A stretch of 64,000 bases of DNA from Syntrophorhabdaceae bacterium (lineage in GTDB: Bacteria > Desulfobacterota > Syntrophorhabdia > Syntrophorhabdales > Syntrophorhabdaceae), in the NCBI GenBank assembly GCA_963665295.1, contig OY762209.1, positions 4,224,001 to 4,288,000 of the forward strand, read 5' to 3'. The translations under genes and the position numbers were made by a program. This document shows positions 10,594-19,689 of the stretch, piece after piece (position 1 is the first letter of the stretch; the number at the start of each line of letters is the position of its first letter). The notes below the pieces were generated by a model. It saw only the letters and a program-made list of their open reading frames with translations. It searched no databases and was not told the origin of the DNA.

Positions 10594-11049
10594 CTACCAC
10601 ATGGGACAGTTGCCATAACCACGGCCACCGTAGCCTTGACCACCGTGGCCACGACCACCCATCATTCCTCCATAACCAGGACCACGCCCTGCCATCCCTC
10701 GGCCATAACCTGCCGCAGGCAAGCCCTGCTTTTCAGCTACGGTCTGGACCTTGGCACGAAGATCAATTATCTCTTTTTGAAGCGTTGCGATCCGATTCTG
10801 GTCAGGCTTCTCCTTTGCATACTCGTTCCTGATCTCCACGCGCTTAACCAACATCTCGTCCCGTAACGGGAGGGTCTCTTTCTGGAATTTCGTGAACGCA
10901 TTCACATCGACCTGCTGGCCGGCCGCAGGACCATACCCGTAACCGCGAGGACCGGGGCCGTAACCTTGTCCCCATCCTGCGAACGCTGAACTACCCAGAA
11001 GAACCAATCCGACTGTCACTGCCAAAGCCACTACCGATGTCTTTTTCAT
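10594..11049 (-). CDS. Periplasmic ZraP/Spy/CpxP-like heavy-metal sensor or chaperone
   Basis: Signal peptide ending AFA; helical core KFQKETLPLRDEMLVKR...PDQNRIATLQKEI; Gly/Met-rich tail ending CPMW. Confidence 0.75.
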   Translation of the reverse strand: MKKTSVVALAVTVGLVLLGSSAFAGWGQGYGPGPRGYGYGPAAGQQVDVNAFTKFQKETLPLRDEMLVKRVEIRNEYAKEKPDQNRIATLQKEIIDLRAKVQTVAEKQGLPAAGYGRGMAGRGPGYGGMMGGRGHGGQGYGGRGYGNCPMW

Positions 11050-11087
11050 TTCTTCTTTCCTCCTTCTTTAGGATTATTCATATACCC

Positions 11088-11141
11088 AGTATAAAGGAAG
11101 AAGGTGAAGGGGCAGCGAAGAGATTGTGAAGAATTGTGAAA
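11088..11141 (-). promoter_or_regulatory. Promoter -10 (TATACT) with four phased (C/T)TTC(A/G)C direct repeats upstream
   Basis: Plus-strand gtgaag 11104, gcgaag 11115, gtgaag 11126, gtgaaa 11136 (period 11, 11, 10); agtata 11088-11093. Confidence 0.5.
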
Positions 11142-11309
11142 ACCTCATCTTCGTGTGCATAAAAGATAAGGGTTGACCTATGCAATTTCACAATTTGATG
11201 ATCGTTGTTGAAGCCCCGTTTTTAACCCCTCAAAGGCGGATATTGGGGGCGACCCTTTGGCGGACGGACTGGTATTCTCAGCGCGAGACGACTCTTCGGT
11301 TACCACTCT

Positions 11310-11960
11310 TTACAGCCGTTCCTGAGTTGCGCGGTCGTCAGGTGCAAGGCCTTTGTCCGAGGGCTCGTACATTTCCTCACCCTGGCAGGCGAGGCACAAA
11401 GCCCCATCCGCAATCGGGTAGGATTCCATACACTGAGGGCAGATCGCAAACCCGCCGCGGTGTTTCTTTCCCCTCAGATGGGATGCAACTTTTACGTTCC
11501 TGATGCTGCAGATATCCGCCCCCGCTGTTTTTATCTCGTGGAGCAACCTCTCGAAATCCTGTTCCTGCTTGGTCTTCAGCTTGTAGAACCAGGCTTTGAT
11601 CTCCTGCCATTCTTCCAACTTTACCGCATCGATGAAGATGCGTATTCCTTCCCCGGTCTCCTTGTCATAGAGAGTGAGCGCGAACCGTCCCACATTAACG
11701 GTGGTGAGAAACCCATTGCCGAGGGTGCAGGGGGTGAGAAGCTGAACGGCATCGGGGAGGCATTTGAAAGTTTCGCAGAGTGCATCGAATATCCGCCCTT
11801 CAGGAAGGAGGCGACGTGCATGGTCCACCATGAAGCCCCCGATAAGCACGCCCGGCGCCGCGAACCCATGAAAAGACCTCACCATCTCGACAAAGTCCTC
11901 GAAGGTTTTATCCACGATCATCACCGCTGATTCCTTTGGGTATGCTTCCATCGCCTCCAT
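11310..11960 (-). CDS. FmdE-family protein with C-terminal Zn finger
   Basis: FHGFAAPG, CLPDAVQLLTPCTLGNG, CPQCMESYP...CLACQG. Confidence 0.85.
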   Translation of the reverse strand: MEAMEAYPKESAVMIVDKTFEDFVEMVRSFHGFAAPGVLIGGFMVDHARRLLPEGRIFDALCETFKCLPDAVQLLTPCTLGNGFLTTVNVGRFALTLYDKETGEGIRIFIDAVKLEEWQEIKAWFYKLKTKQEQDFERLLHEIKTAGADICSIRNVKVASHLRGKKHRGGFAICPQCMESYPIADGALCLACQGEEMYEPSDKGLAPDDRATQERL

Positions 11961-11971
11961 ATTTTCGTCCT

Positions 11972-14900
11972 CTACACTTTGATAAGCTTAACCTTCGTGT
12001 CGTAGAAGGAGACGCTCCCGCCGATGGGGTCGAGCATGCACGTGTTCTTGAGGTAGGGGTCTACCCACATGGCCGCGTTCGCATGCACCCCTGTCGCCCT
12101 TCTCGGGTCCCCCTTGACCACGGCGCCGTCAATGGTGACATCCACCGCTCCTGTTGCCCAGTGGCCGTATCCGAGCGTGAAGGTCACCACTCCGGGCATG
12201 ATCGTCTCCGTAACCTGTGCCTTCCCGACCATCGGCTTTATTGTGCCGTTCTTGAAATCCCAGGTTCCGTTCGGGTTGGTGGCCGACACTACCTTCACGA
12301 GGTCACCGTTCTTTATTCCCAGGTTCTTTGCGTCGACCGGGTTGATGACGATGCCGTTCTCGGGAACGAGGCTCAGGAGCCAGTAGTCGGGCGCGGTGCG
12401 TGATTTCGTCATCACCACGTCCTTCTGAGTTATCAGGCAGAGCGGATAGCCCTCCTCGAGGCCCGCTTCTTTCGGGGATTTTCCAAGTGTCGTCGCTACG
12501 GGAACATAAGCGGCATATCCACCGTTCCGTTTGCCGGTAAAGGCGTTCTTTGTGCCGGCAGTCTTCTCCTGGTACATGTTGATCGCCCTGCCGTACTTGT
12601 TCGCCACCTGGTCACCCTTGTAGATGTCCTTGTAATCCTGGTACCTGCCTCCCCTGTTGAGCACGTACACGACCTTTCTCCACGCGGGACCGGCCGTTTT
12701 CTCCCACCGGGCAGCATCGAATATCCTCTTCGGAAGGTGCTTCCGGGAGTCTACAAAAAGTTTCACTTCCCGGTCATCGGCGTCAGGCACGGGTGAGCCG
12801 TCCGTGGCGATGTTCGCCACCATTCGGATGTAGAAATCGTCGGGCCTGGTAAAATCCTGTCCTTTGGCGAAGCCGTCCCTGCCGAAGCCGGGCATCCCCA
12901 GTTTCTCCGCCAGGGCGAGCAGCACCGCTTCGAAGGAACAGGCCATCTCCTCGCCGAAGACTTTCACCGTCTCGGCAAGGGGCGCGATAACGGGCTGCCT
13001 CACAGGCTGGACCTTGGAAGGCATGTTCGGATGGGACCCGTGGAATTCCCAGCGTTCGAGGTAGCTTTCGCTCGGGAAGATGTAGTCGGCATACATGGTG
13101 GTGGAGCCCACGACCACGTCGGTAGTGAAGTAGAGCGGAATCTTGGTGAGGTCCGTCAGGATTTCGATATTGGTATGGCCAGAGGGCAAAGAGTAGACGG
13201 GTGTGCCCATGTAACTGAAAACCGCCTTCACGGGATAAGGGTACGCATCGCCCATGGACGGCATGATCTCCTCGTAGACATCGCTCGCGAGAGGATACCA
13301 GTTTCTCTTCGCAGGGTAGCCCTGGAACAGAGTAGTGTCCTCGTATTTCACGTCGTGCCTGATAACACTTATACCGAACCTCGTAGTTTTCCCCGGGGCC
13401 AGCTTGGCGAAGTCAAAGGGCTGGCCCTCTTTTCCACCTGTGGTATTGTAGGTGGAGAGGGCAATCATGCCGCCTTTCCAGTCGAAGTTCCCGAGAAGGA
13501 GGTTGATCACCATGGCGGAGGTGACATTGTAGAATCCGTTTGTATGCTGCGCCACGCCCCTGTGGACGTCCACCGCCGCCCTTTTGCCGTAGCTGGTGAG
13601 TTCTTTTGCGGTAAGCTCTATATCCTTGACGGGAATACCACAGATACTCGACCACTCCTCCATGGTGCGCTGGTTGGCGGATTCGAGAAGGATCCGGAGA
13701 CCGCTTTTCACCTTTATTCCCTTGATTTCCGTATCGACGAGGAGATCACCGGTGACGGGGTTCTTTTCATCATTGGGGTCAACGGCGACGGGCTTTCCCT
13801 CTTTCATCACCACGAGGTATTCGAAGCTCTGTTCCTTGCCGTCCTTCGTCTTCCTCTTTTGCACATCGGCCACACCGATTTCATGGGCTCTCAGGAATTT
13901 GCCCGGCTTTCCGTCCTTCTCGATCTTCACCAGGGGAACGGCGTTTGTCCAGGTGGGCTCGTTCGCCGCCTTCGCGGCGGCCCTGTTGGCATTGGCCAGA
14001 TACTTTGCGTCGTACGTCTTGTCTCTCAGGATAGCTTGGATGAGCCCCATGAAGAATGCTCCGTCCGTTCCCGGCTTGATCGCCATGTACCGGTTCGCCT
14101 TCGAGGCTGCCTTATTGAACCTGGGGTCCACAACTACAAGTTTTGTTTTTCCTTCGGCAACATTGGGGACAATACGGCTGTTGCGGTTGGGTGGCCCATA
14201 ATTAGCGTCAAAGAGATTCGATCCCACGGAAAGTATGTACCGGGAGTTCAACGCGTCCGCCTGCCAGTAGAACTTCGGCCCGCCGGTGAACCTGTTGAAC
14301 TCGTACTGCTCGCTCATGGCCTTGCAGGTGAAGTAAAGAGACCCCTGGCACACGGTGGTATGGCCGTGCATGTTCACGGTGCCGAAGTAATCGCCGAAAA
14401 AGCGCGCTCCGAAATCGCTTCTCCCGCCTTTCAATCTTCCCCACCAGTATACCATCTGGTTGTTCTTGGGGCCCAGGTCCGGATGGTCCGGGTCTATAAG
14501 GTAATGGAGGCTGGTCGCATGTTTCGTCTTGAATTCTTCCACCGCCCTCTTCTTGTCTTTGGCGGAAAGGATGGCATTTGCATCCACTGCCATCTCTTTG
14601 GCTATTTTTGGGTCTCTGAGTACATAAATGTCCTTGAGGCCCGTTACCTCCCTGTTCTCTTCGCCCGGGACGCGGGCAAAGATCTTCCCGCCGTTCACGA
14701 TCTCGCTGATTGCCTGGTCGAAAGGAACGGAGATCCACTTGTTTTCTCCACGCTTGCCGGCCCGTTTCAGCACCTTCGTGACCCTGTAGGGGTCGTAGGC
14801 GGTCTGGATACCCGCCTGCCCCTTCGGACATATGGCCGAATCGACGGTATTCACGTCGAGGGGCGACGACGAGTATGGGATGTTCGGCAGGGCGGCAAAA

Positions 14901-15196
14901 GGACAGTAAGGGTTGCCGTCGATCTTGAGGGCCACCGCATTCCCGTTCTTCCTGAACAGCTTTACCTTTATGCCGCATCCCGTGTTGCACTGCAGGCAGA
15001 CCGTGTAAAGGGTATTTTCTGGTTTTACAAGCTCGTATGCCTCTTCCGGGGTTAACTGTCCCGCTTCGGCCCGGCGAATCAGGTCCGAGGCCCAGTCAAA
15101 CTGGGAAGCCATGAGGGAGCCGCCGAGGATTGCGGAACCTTTAATGAAATCTCTCCTGGTTACGCCCTTGTTATCTGAATTCTTCTTCGCGCTCAT
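11972..15196 (-). CDS. Tat-exported molybdopterin oxidoreductase catalytic subunit, TtrA-like
   Basis: TRRDFIK Tat motif; CLQCNTGC...CPKG Fe-S motif; KIDGNPY; HTTVCQ metal-ligand region; C-terminal DPIGGSVSFYDTKVKL typical of the TtrA clade. Confidence 0.85.
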   Translation of the reverse strand: MSAKKNSDNKGVTRRDFIKGSAILGGSLMASQFDWASDLIRRAEAGQLTPEEAYELVKPENTLYTVCLQCNTGCGIKVKLFRKNGNAVALKIDGNPYCPFAALPNIPYSSSPLDVNTVDSAICPKGQAGIQTAYDPYRVTKVLKRAGKRGENKWISVPFDQAISEIVNGGKIFARVPGEENREVTGLKDIYVLRDPKIAKEMAVDANAILSAKDKKRAVEEFKTKHATSLHYLIDPDHPDLGPKNNQMVYWWGRLKGGRSDFGARFFGDYFGTVNMHGHTTVCQGSLYFTCKAMSEQYEFNRFTGGPKFYWQADALNSRYILSVGSNLFDANYGPPNRNSRIVPNVAEGKTKLVVVDPRFNKAASKANRYMAIKPGTDGAFFMGLIQAILRDKTYDAKYLANANRAAAKAANEPTWTNAVPLVKIEKDGKPGKFLRAHEIGVADVQKRKTKDGKEQSFEYLVVMKEGKPVAVDPNDEKNPVTGDLLVDTEIKGIKVKSGLRILLESANQRTMEEWSSICGIPVKDIELTAKELTSYGKRAAVDVHRGVAQHTNGFYNVTSAMVINLLLGNFDWKGGMIALSTYNTTGGKEGQPFDFAKLAPGKTTRFGISVIRHDVKYEDTTLFQGYPAKRNWYPLASDVYEEIMPSMGDAYPYPVKAVFSYMGTPVYSLPSGHTNIEILTDLTKIPLYFTTDVVVGSTTMYADYIFPSESYLERWEFHGSHPNMPSKVQPVRQPVIAPLAETVKVFGEEMACSFEAVLLALAEKLGMPGFGRDGFAKGQDFTRPDDFYIRMVANIATDGSPVPDADDREVKLFVDSRKHLPKRIFDAARWEKTAGPAWRKVVYVLNRGGRYQDYKDIYKGDQVANKYGRAINMYQEKTAGTKNAFTGKRNGGYAAYVPVATTLGKSPKEAGLEEGYPLCLITQKDVVMTKSRTAPDYWLLSLVPENGIVINPVDAKNLGIKNGDLVKVVSATNPNGTWDFKNGTIKPMVGKAQVTETIMPGVVTFTLGYGHWATGAVDVTIDGAVVKGDPRRATGVHANAAMWVDPYLKNTCMLDPIGGSVSFYDTKVKLIKV

Positions 15197-15207
15197 TCTT
15201 GACCCCC

Positions 15208-16050
15208 TCAGGATAATATATAGAAGACTCTCGGTTTGGCTGCAGCAGCTTCGGAAAATACCGGGGTTTTACCTGGATAACCTACCATGCCCGCGATCTC
15301 CTGTGCGCTTTTGCCCTTGAGACTCACGTGGGAGAGCGCTTCGTTGCCATTGCTCTTTACAGACTTCAGCACCATCACCTTGTTGTTTTTCATCATTTTG
15401 TAAAGCAGGCTTTCCTTGTCATCGAGATCGCCAAAGAAGTTCGCCCTGGTCGGACAGGTGCTCACACAGGCCGGAAGCATACCCGCTTTGATCCTGTGGA
15501 GGCAGAAGTGACATTTTCTCGCAGCCCCGATGGGGAGCTGATTTTTCTCACGGGGCCATTTTCTGCTGTACTCCCAGGTGGGGTCCTTTTCGTACTCTTC
15601 AACTTTCGGAGTCCCCTGCGTATAGAAGGCCCCGGCGTCGAGACTCCTTGCCTTGTACGGGCAGGCCAGGACGCAGCGTCCGCAGCCGATGCACTGCTCA
15701 TAATTGATCATCACGATACCGGCGCTCACGCCTTTTGTGCTCTTCCAGGTGGCTTTTCCTTCTCCCTTGTTCGGACAGACGGCTACGCAGGGAGGGTTGT
15801 CGCATTGATTGCAGAGCCTCGGGGTGTATCGCATTTTTACCTGAGGGAATACTCCTGACTCTTCCTCGTAGATGGGCCGGTACATGATCCCCGGGGGGCT
15901 CTTCTGTTCCGCGACACAGCTTGCGGTGCAGGCCTTGCAGGAAGTGCACCTCCTGAGGTCGATGAGCATGCCCCAGCGGGGATTATTCTTTTTCAACGCC
16001 CTTTTGATGTCTTCCTGGATGATCGACAGCTCGTCTTTGCCCTGATACAT
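15208..16050 (-). CDS. 4x[4Fe-4S] electron-transfer subunit (TtrB/NrfC/DmsB-like)
   Basis: WGMLIDLRRCTSCKACTASC, CNQCDNPPCVAVC, CIGCGRCVLAC, CHFC...PACVSTC; RBS GGAGG before ATG 16050. Confidence 0.9.
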   Translation of the reverse strand: MYQGKDELSIIQEDIKRALKKNNPRWGMLIDLRRCTSCKACTASCVAEQKSPPGIMYRPIYEEESGVFPQVKMRYTPRLCNQCDNPPCVAVCPNKGEGKATWKSTKGVSAGIVMINYEQCIGCGRCVLACPYKARSLDAGAFYTQGTPKVEEYEKDPTWEYSRKWPREKNQLPIGAARKCHFCLHRIKAGMLPACVSTCPTRANFFGDLDDKESLLYKMMKNNKVMVLKSVKSNGNEALSHVSLKGKSAQEIAGMVGYPGKTPVFSEAAAAKPRVFYILS

Positions 16051-16063
16051 GAGCCTACCTCCC

Positions 16064-16369
16064 TCATTTCTTGTGGCAGTTGGCACAATTCGATTTGGTA
16101 TCGAAAGCCTGTTTGCCGTTGTGACAGGCGCCGCATGATTTGCCTTTCTGCATTTGCGCCATGGTAACTCTCTTGTCTTTTGCTTTTGTCACATAGAGAC
16201 TGTCGTGGCAGTCCGTGCATTGGAGATTTGTCACGTGGGTATCGTGATGGAATATCACTTCTCCTGGTTTACCCCCCTTGAAACGAACGTCTCCACCTCC
16301 TACCATGGCGACACCAGCAGAAACTAAAATCACGGACAACAGGGTGATAATGCATAATATTCTCACCAT
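16064..16369 (-). CDS. Periplasmic triheme cytochrome c (c7-type)
   Basis: Signal peptide; VIFHHDTH; three CxxCH (CTDCH, CGACH, CANCH). Confidence 0.88.
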   Translation of the reverse strand: MVRILCIITLLSVILVSAGVAMVGGGDVRFKGGKPGEVIFHHDTHVTNLQCTDCHDSLYVTKAKDKRVTMAQMQKGKSCGACHNGKQAFDTKSNCANCHKK

Positions 16370-16423
16370 AAAATCCCCCTTTATTCGCAAAGGTCAACGC
16401 CAATAATGCATGCAAGATGCCTT

Positions 16424-16452
16424 AATTTAAGCACATACAGGAGTATCGTCAA
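16424..16452 (-). promoter_or_regulatory. Putative sigma70 promoter of the cytochrome/TtrAB-like operon
   Basis: TTGACG-N17-TAAATT on the minus strand. Confidence 0.5.
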
Positions 16453-16595
16453 GTAAAATTGTAGGGAACGGAAACCTTTTCAATTTGTATACATGTGGTT
16501 ATGATGACCGACAAGATTAGGTTAGTAGTTTATCGCAGAACTAACGAAAATAAGCAGCCTAAGAGAATGGACAGTTTTACTTCTTGAGGGTCGGT

Positions 16596-16821
16596 TTACG
16601 TCCCATCCAAAACAGCAAAGCCGGGGTCCTCAATGGCCGAGTCGGCTTCGGCCTGCTTCTCTATAATTGCATCGAGCAACAGGTTCTTCCGGATCATGAA
16701 CGAGGTTGTTTTCGTCGAATATTCTCTTATGCTGAATCTACTCAAAGCGATGGACGGGTTGTTCGGCACCTTCACGTATGCATGAAGATCCGGAAGGTTC
16801 ATCAATTCAGAATCAAGAATA
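16596..16821 (-). pseudogene. C-terminal fragment of a TraD/TrwB-like type IV coupling protein
   Basis: ILDSELMNLPDLHAYVKVP resembles the TraD SEI-x-x-LPDL-x-x-YV segment; cut exactly at the IS3 left end. Confidence 0.55.
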
Positions 16822-17544
16822 TGATGTAAGCTGGATATAGTGGACACCATATGCGGTACAATATTCATTCATAATGGAGGTGTCCGAGTGGCAAAGATTC
16901 CAAGAGGCGTATTTACAAAAGAGTTTAAAGAGGAAGCGGTAAGAATGGTAATAGACGGCGGCTTGAGCATACCCGAGGTAGGCAGAAGAGTATCCCTTCC
17001 TAAGTCAACCTTGGCCCGCTGGGTCACACAGGCAAGAAAGGGCGGCCTTGTGGCGAAACGGAGTCCGGTCACGGAAGGAGACATGGAAGTTGCCCACCTT
17101 AAACGTGAAATAGCCGAGCTGAAAATGGAGCGTGATATACCAAAAAAACGCGACCGCGTACTTTGCCAGGGAGTCGCTGAAAGGTACGCGATCATGAAAA
17201 TCCTGCGACTCAAATATCCCCTGTCCCTTCTTTGCCGTGTGCTTGAGGTATCGCGAAGCGGTTACTACGCATGGCTTACGCGTCCGCCCTCACGACATGC
17301 CCGGGAGGAAGGACGACTGGAGACAGAGATAAAGGCAGCCCATATAAGGACCCGCAAGACCTGCGGCCCGGAAAGACTCCAAGAGGATCTTGCCGTCCAC
17401 GGCGTCAAGATGGGCATATCAAGAATCAGGCGGATCAGGAAGAAACTCGGCATACGATGTAAACAAGCGAAGAAGTTCAAGGCCACCACCGATTCGAATC
17501 ACACATTGCCCGTAGCGGAGAATCTCCTGGGCCGGAAGTTTGAT
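16822..17544 (+). mobile_element. Truncated IS3-family element (left IR, OrfA and the start of OrfB; DDE domain and right IR missing)
   Basis: TGATGTAAGCTGGATATAGTGGACAC resembles the IS3 left IR; OrfA FTKEFKEEAV from GTG 16888; OrfB LCRVLEVSRSGYYAW, TTDSNH, ENLLGRKF, then the sequence breaks. Confidence 0.85.
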
Positions 17545-17826
17545 GGCTGCGGCCATTAGAGACTGAAGCGCTACCTCTGACGTTCCGTTGACAACTATTT
17601 CCCATAGATCAGGGGCCATTATCTCCAGCCTGTTTCTAATGAGCCTCACCATCCGCCGCGCAGTTGAAGGCACGTTCTTTTGCAGAATGTTGTCGACGTA
17701 TATGGCCTTATGCCACGCCGCCTCATCCGCTCCCGCCAGCAGCAAGACCGCTATCGCCCTGCTCTCCCTGAGCATGAGGGAACCAGCTGATATTTCGGCA
17801 TTGTAGTGGTGCTCGGCGGTCGGCAT
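17539..17826 (-). pseudogene. brxA: Truncated BREX protein BrxA (DUF1819)
   Basis: YNAEISAGSLMLRESRAIAVLLL...AIYVDNILQK...STARR...IRNRLE...LMAAAIK; breaks into IS3 DNA after 96 aa. Confidence 0.75.
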
Positions 17827-18520
17827 GTTTGTTTATAAATCCCCTACATAGATTGATGGCGAACAATGAGATTTAACCATTCTTTTGTTTATATATCTAT
17901 CGTTTTCGTACCCCGATGCAATCCGGCAACGATCCTATGTGTTGCTCTCCATTCCGATGAAACCCTTCTAAGACTTTAGTTTTACATCAGCGCCCGTTTT
18001 TTCAAAACTATTTCTCGAAAGAAAGGACAAATTTCATCTGTATTGAAGCGACATTTTCGTGTATAGCATGGGCAAAGGGGGCGCAGGTGTCCTTGCCCTA
18101 AATGCCCGCGGGTTTCTGTGGCTTCTGTATCTTGCTCCTTCGCGCTACATGCTTGCTCGACCGAGGTTATATTGACACAGAATTTCTGGTGGGGCCTATC
18201 GACCCTCTGGCGACCCGCGAGCAGAGACTTTCTTGTATGAAAAATTCCAAAATTTTTCAGGGGTCGCCTTTTGTGTGACGGAAGACTTCTACGAGGGTAA
18301 AATTCTCCCAGGAAAAGGATGTTTATGAAAGAGGTTGCAGTAAACCGCGGGAGGGGGAGGCTCAACGGCACTCCGGTCCTATACCCCCCCCTCTCAGAGG
18401 AAGAATGCTTTTCTCGCCGCTTTTGCTCTTTGCAGCCCTCTCCACCATAGAAAGCTCTTTCCCGATTCTGATTCTGTGTAGGTCCTACCAAGCAATCGAA
18501 TATCTCACAGACGGCTATGC

Positions 18521-18878
18521 GTGAAGACTCAGTACGAGTGGATGAACATAAGAGTGGTGAGGGACGAGGCTGGTGAGCCCTGGTTTGTGGCCAAGGACGT
18601 ACGCGAGATTTTGGAATTAGGAAATTATAAACGGGTTACATCACAGCTTCCCGACCACACCAAGGGTACGCACACTATTCGTATCCTTGGTGGACCGCAG
18701 GAAATGCTTACGATTTCTGAGGCGGGCGTCTATAAGCTCGTTTTTGCCAGGAGGAAGTCAAAAAGCGGAGAGGTTCACGGATTGGGTGGCGGCGGAGATT
18801 CTAACCTCTGTTCGCAAGCACGGCGCCTACATGACCCCGGCCGTCCGGGACAGGGCCCTGTATCTCGCTGAGCCTTGA
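18521..18878 (+). pseudogene. Frameshifted Bro-N (phage antirepressor-like) gene
   Basis: GEPWFVAKDV...ISEAGVYKLVF in one frame continues as AERFTDWVAAEIL.SVRKHGAYMTP in another; shift at the A5 run 18760-18764. Confidence 0.8.
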
Positions 18879-19646
18879 TTTTCTCCACAAATGGCGAAAG
18901 ACGGTCCTATTCCTGAGAGCCTGTTCTACCGTCTCACTATGAAGGCCAACAACGAGGCTGCTATCGCTTTTCAGGGTAGATCGCTGACGACATTCCCCCT
19001 TGTGTCCGCATGCGTGGCCCCTATGGAAACAATATCGGCCCCGCGGATTTGTGACGAAGTCAGTGACGAAGGTTGTAAAGTGTTCCCTCCATGCTCACAC
19101 TGAGCCACAGACGGTTTTTCCTTATGTCGTTAAGGACAAACTACGGCCATGTTCCCTTCCGTGCATTGTGGGGCCTCTTACTCGTGACGGTATATGACGT
19201 ATGGCTTTGGGCCTTCCGAAGGCAACACTTCAATCGATTTGGATTACCTCATATTGCCATTTCGTCTGCCCGGGTTCCAAGTCCTTCGGGCCGAGGAAAT
19301 ATCTTTATTACCCTCCTTATGTTTTGGTCTGCCTATACAGTCGGACCCAGGTTCATGACTGTCATCCACGCCGTATTCTTGTCTCGGGGGAGCCCTCCTT
19401 CTAAGAGCTTCTCGGCGGAGATATACCGTAGCTGCTGACTTACGAGAACCCGGGGCAACGCCCTCTTTCTATGACCGGTTGCCCGTCCGTGATGACCGGG
19501 CGACGAAATGGACCGCACATTAAAAGCCAACCGAAGTGACTTTTTGACTAAAATTACTGATATCGGGATGAGACCGAAATACGGGTTTTTGTATTATCTT
19601 GGAAATTAAAAGTGGGACAGGAGTGGGACAAAATGACGTGCTAAAG

Positions 19647-19683
19647 AACAAGGGGTTAGGCCTTTCAAGCCTAACCCCTTGTT
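19647..19683 (-). terminator. Hairpin just downstream of tRNA-Gln
   Basis: AACAAGGGGTTAGGC-ctttcaa-GCCTAACCCCTTGTT, perfect 15-bp stem. Confidence 0.75.
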
Positions 19684-19689
19684 ATAATT

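Noticed and set aside
10594..10720. Short Gly-rich repeats at the end of the ZraP-like gene
   Set aside because: Low-complexity protein tail typical of the family, not a DNA repeat array
13031..15055. 674-aa plus-strand ORF (and similar long antisense ORFs such as 5291-6790)
   Set aside because: Antisense shadows of well-supported genes in GC-rich coding DNA; no recognisable motifs
16390..16600. Searched for a second copy of the tRNA-Gln 3' end (distal att)
   Set aside because: No convincing match found, so the island's far boundary cannot be fixed
18070..18140. Inverted repeat followed by TATCTTGC, similar to a MOB-P nic/oriT
   Set aside because: A 7-8 bp match is expected by chance, it is not adjacent to the repeat, and no relaxase is in the window
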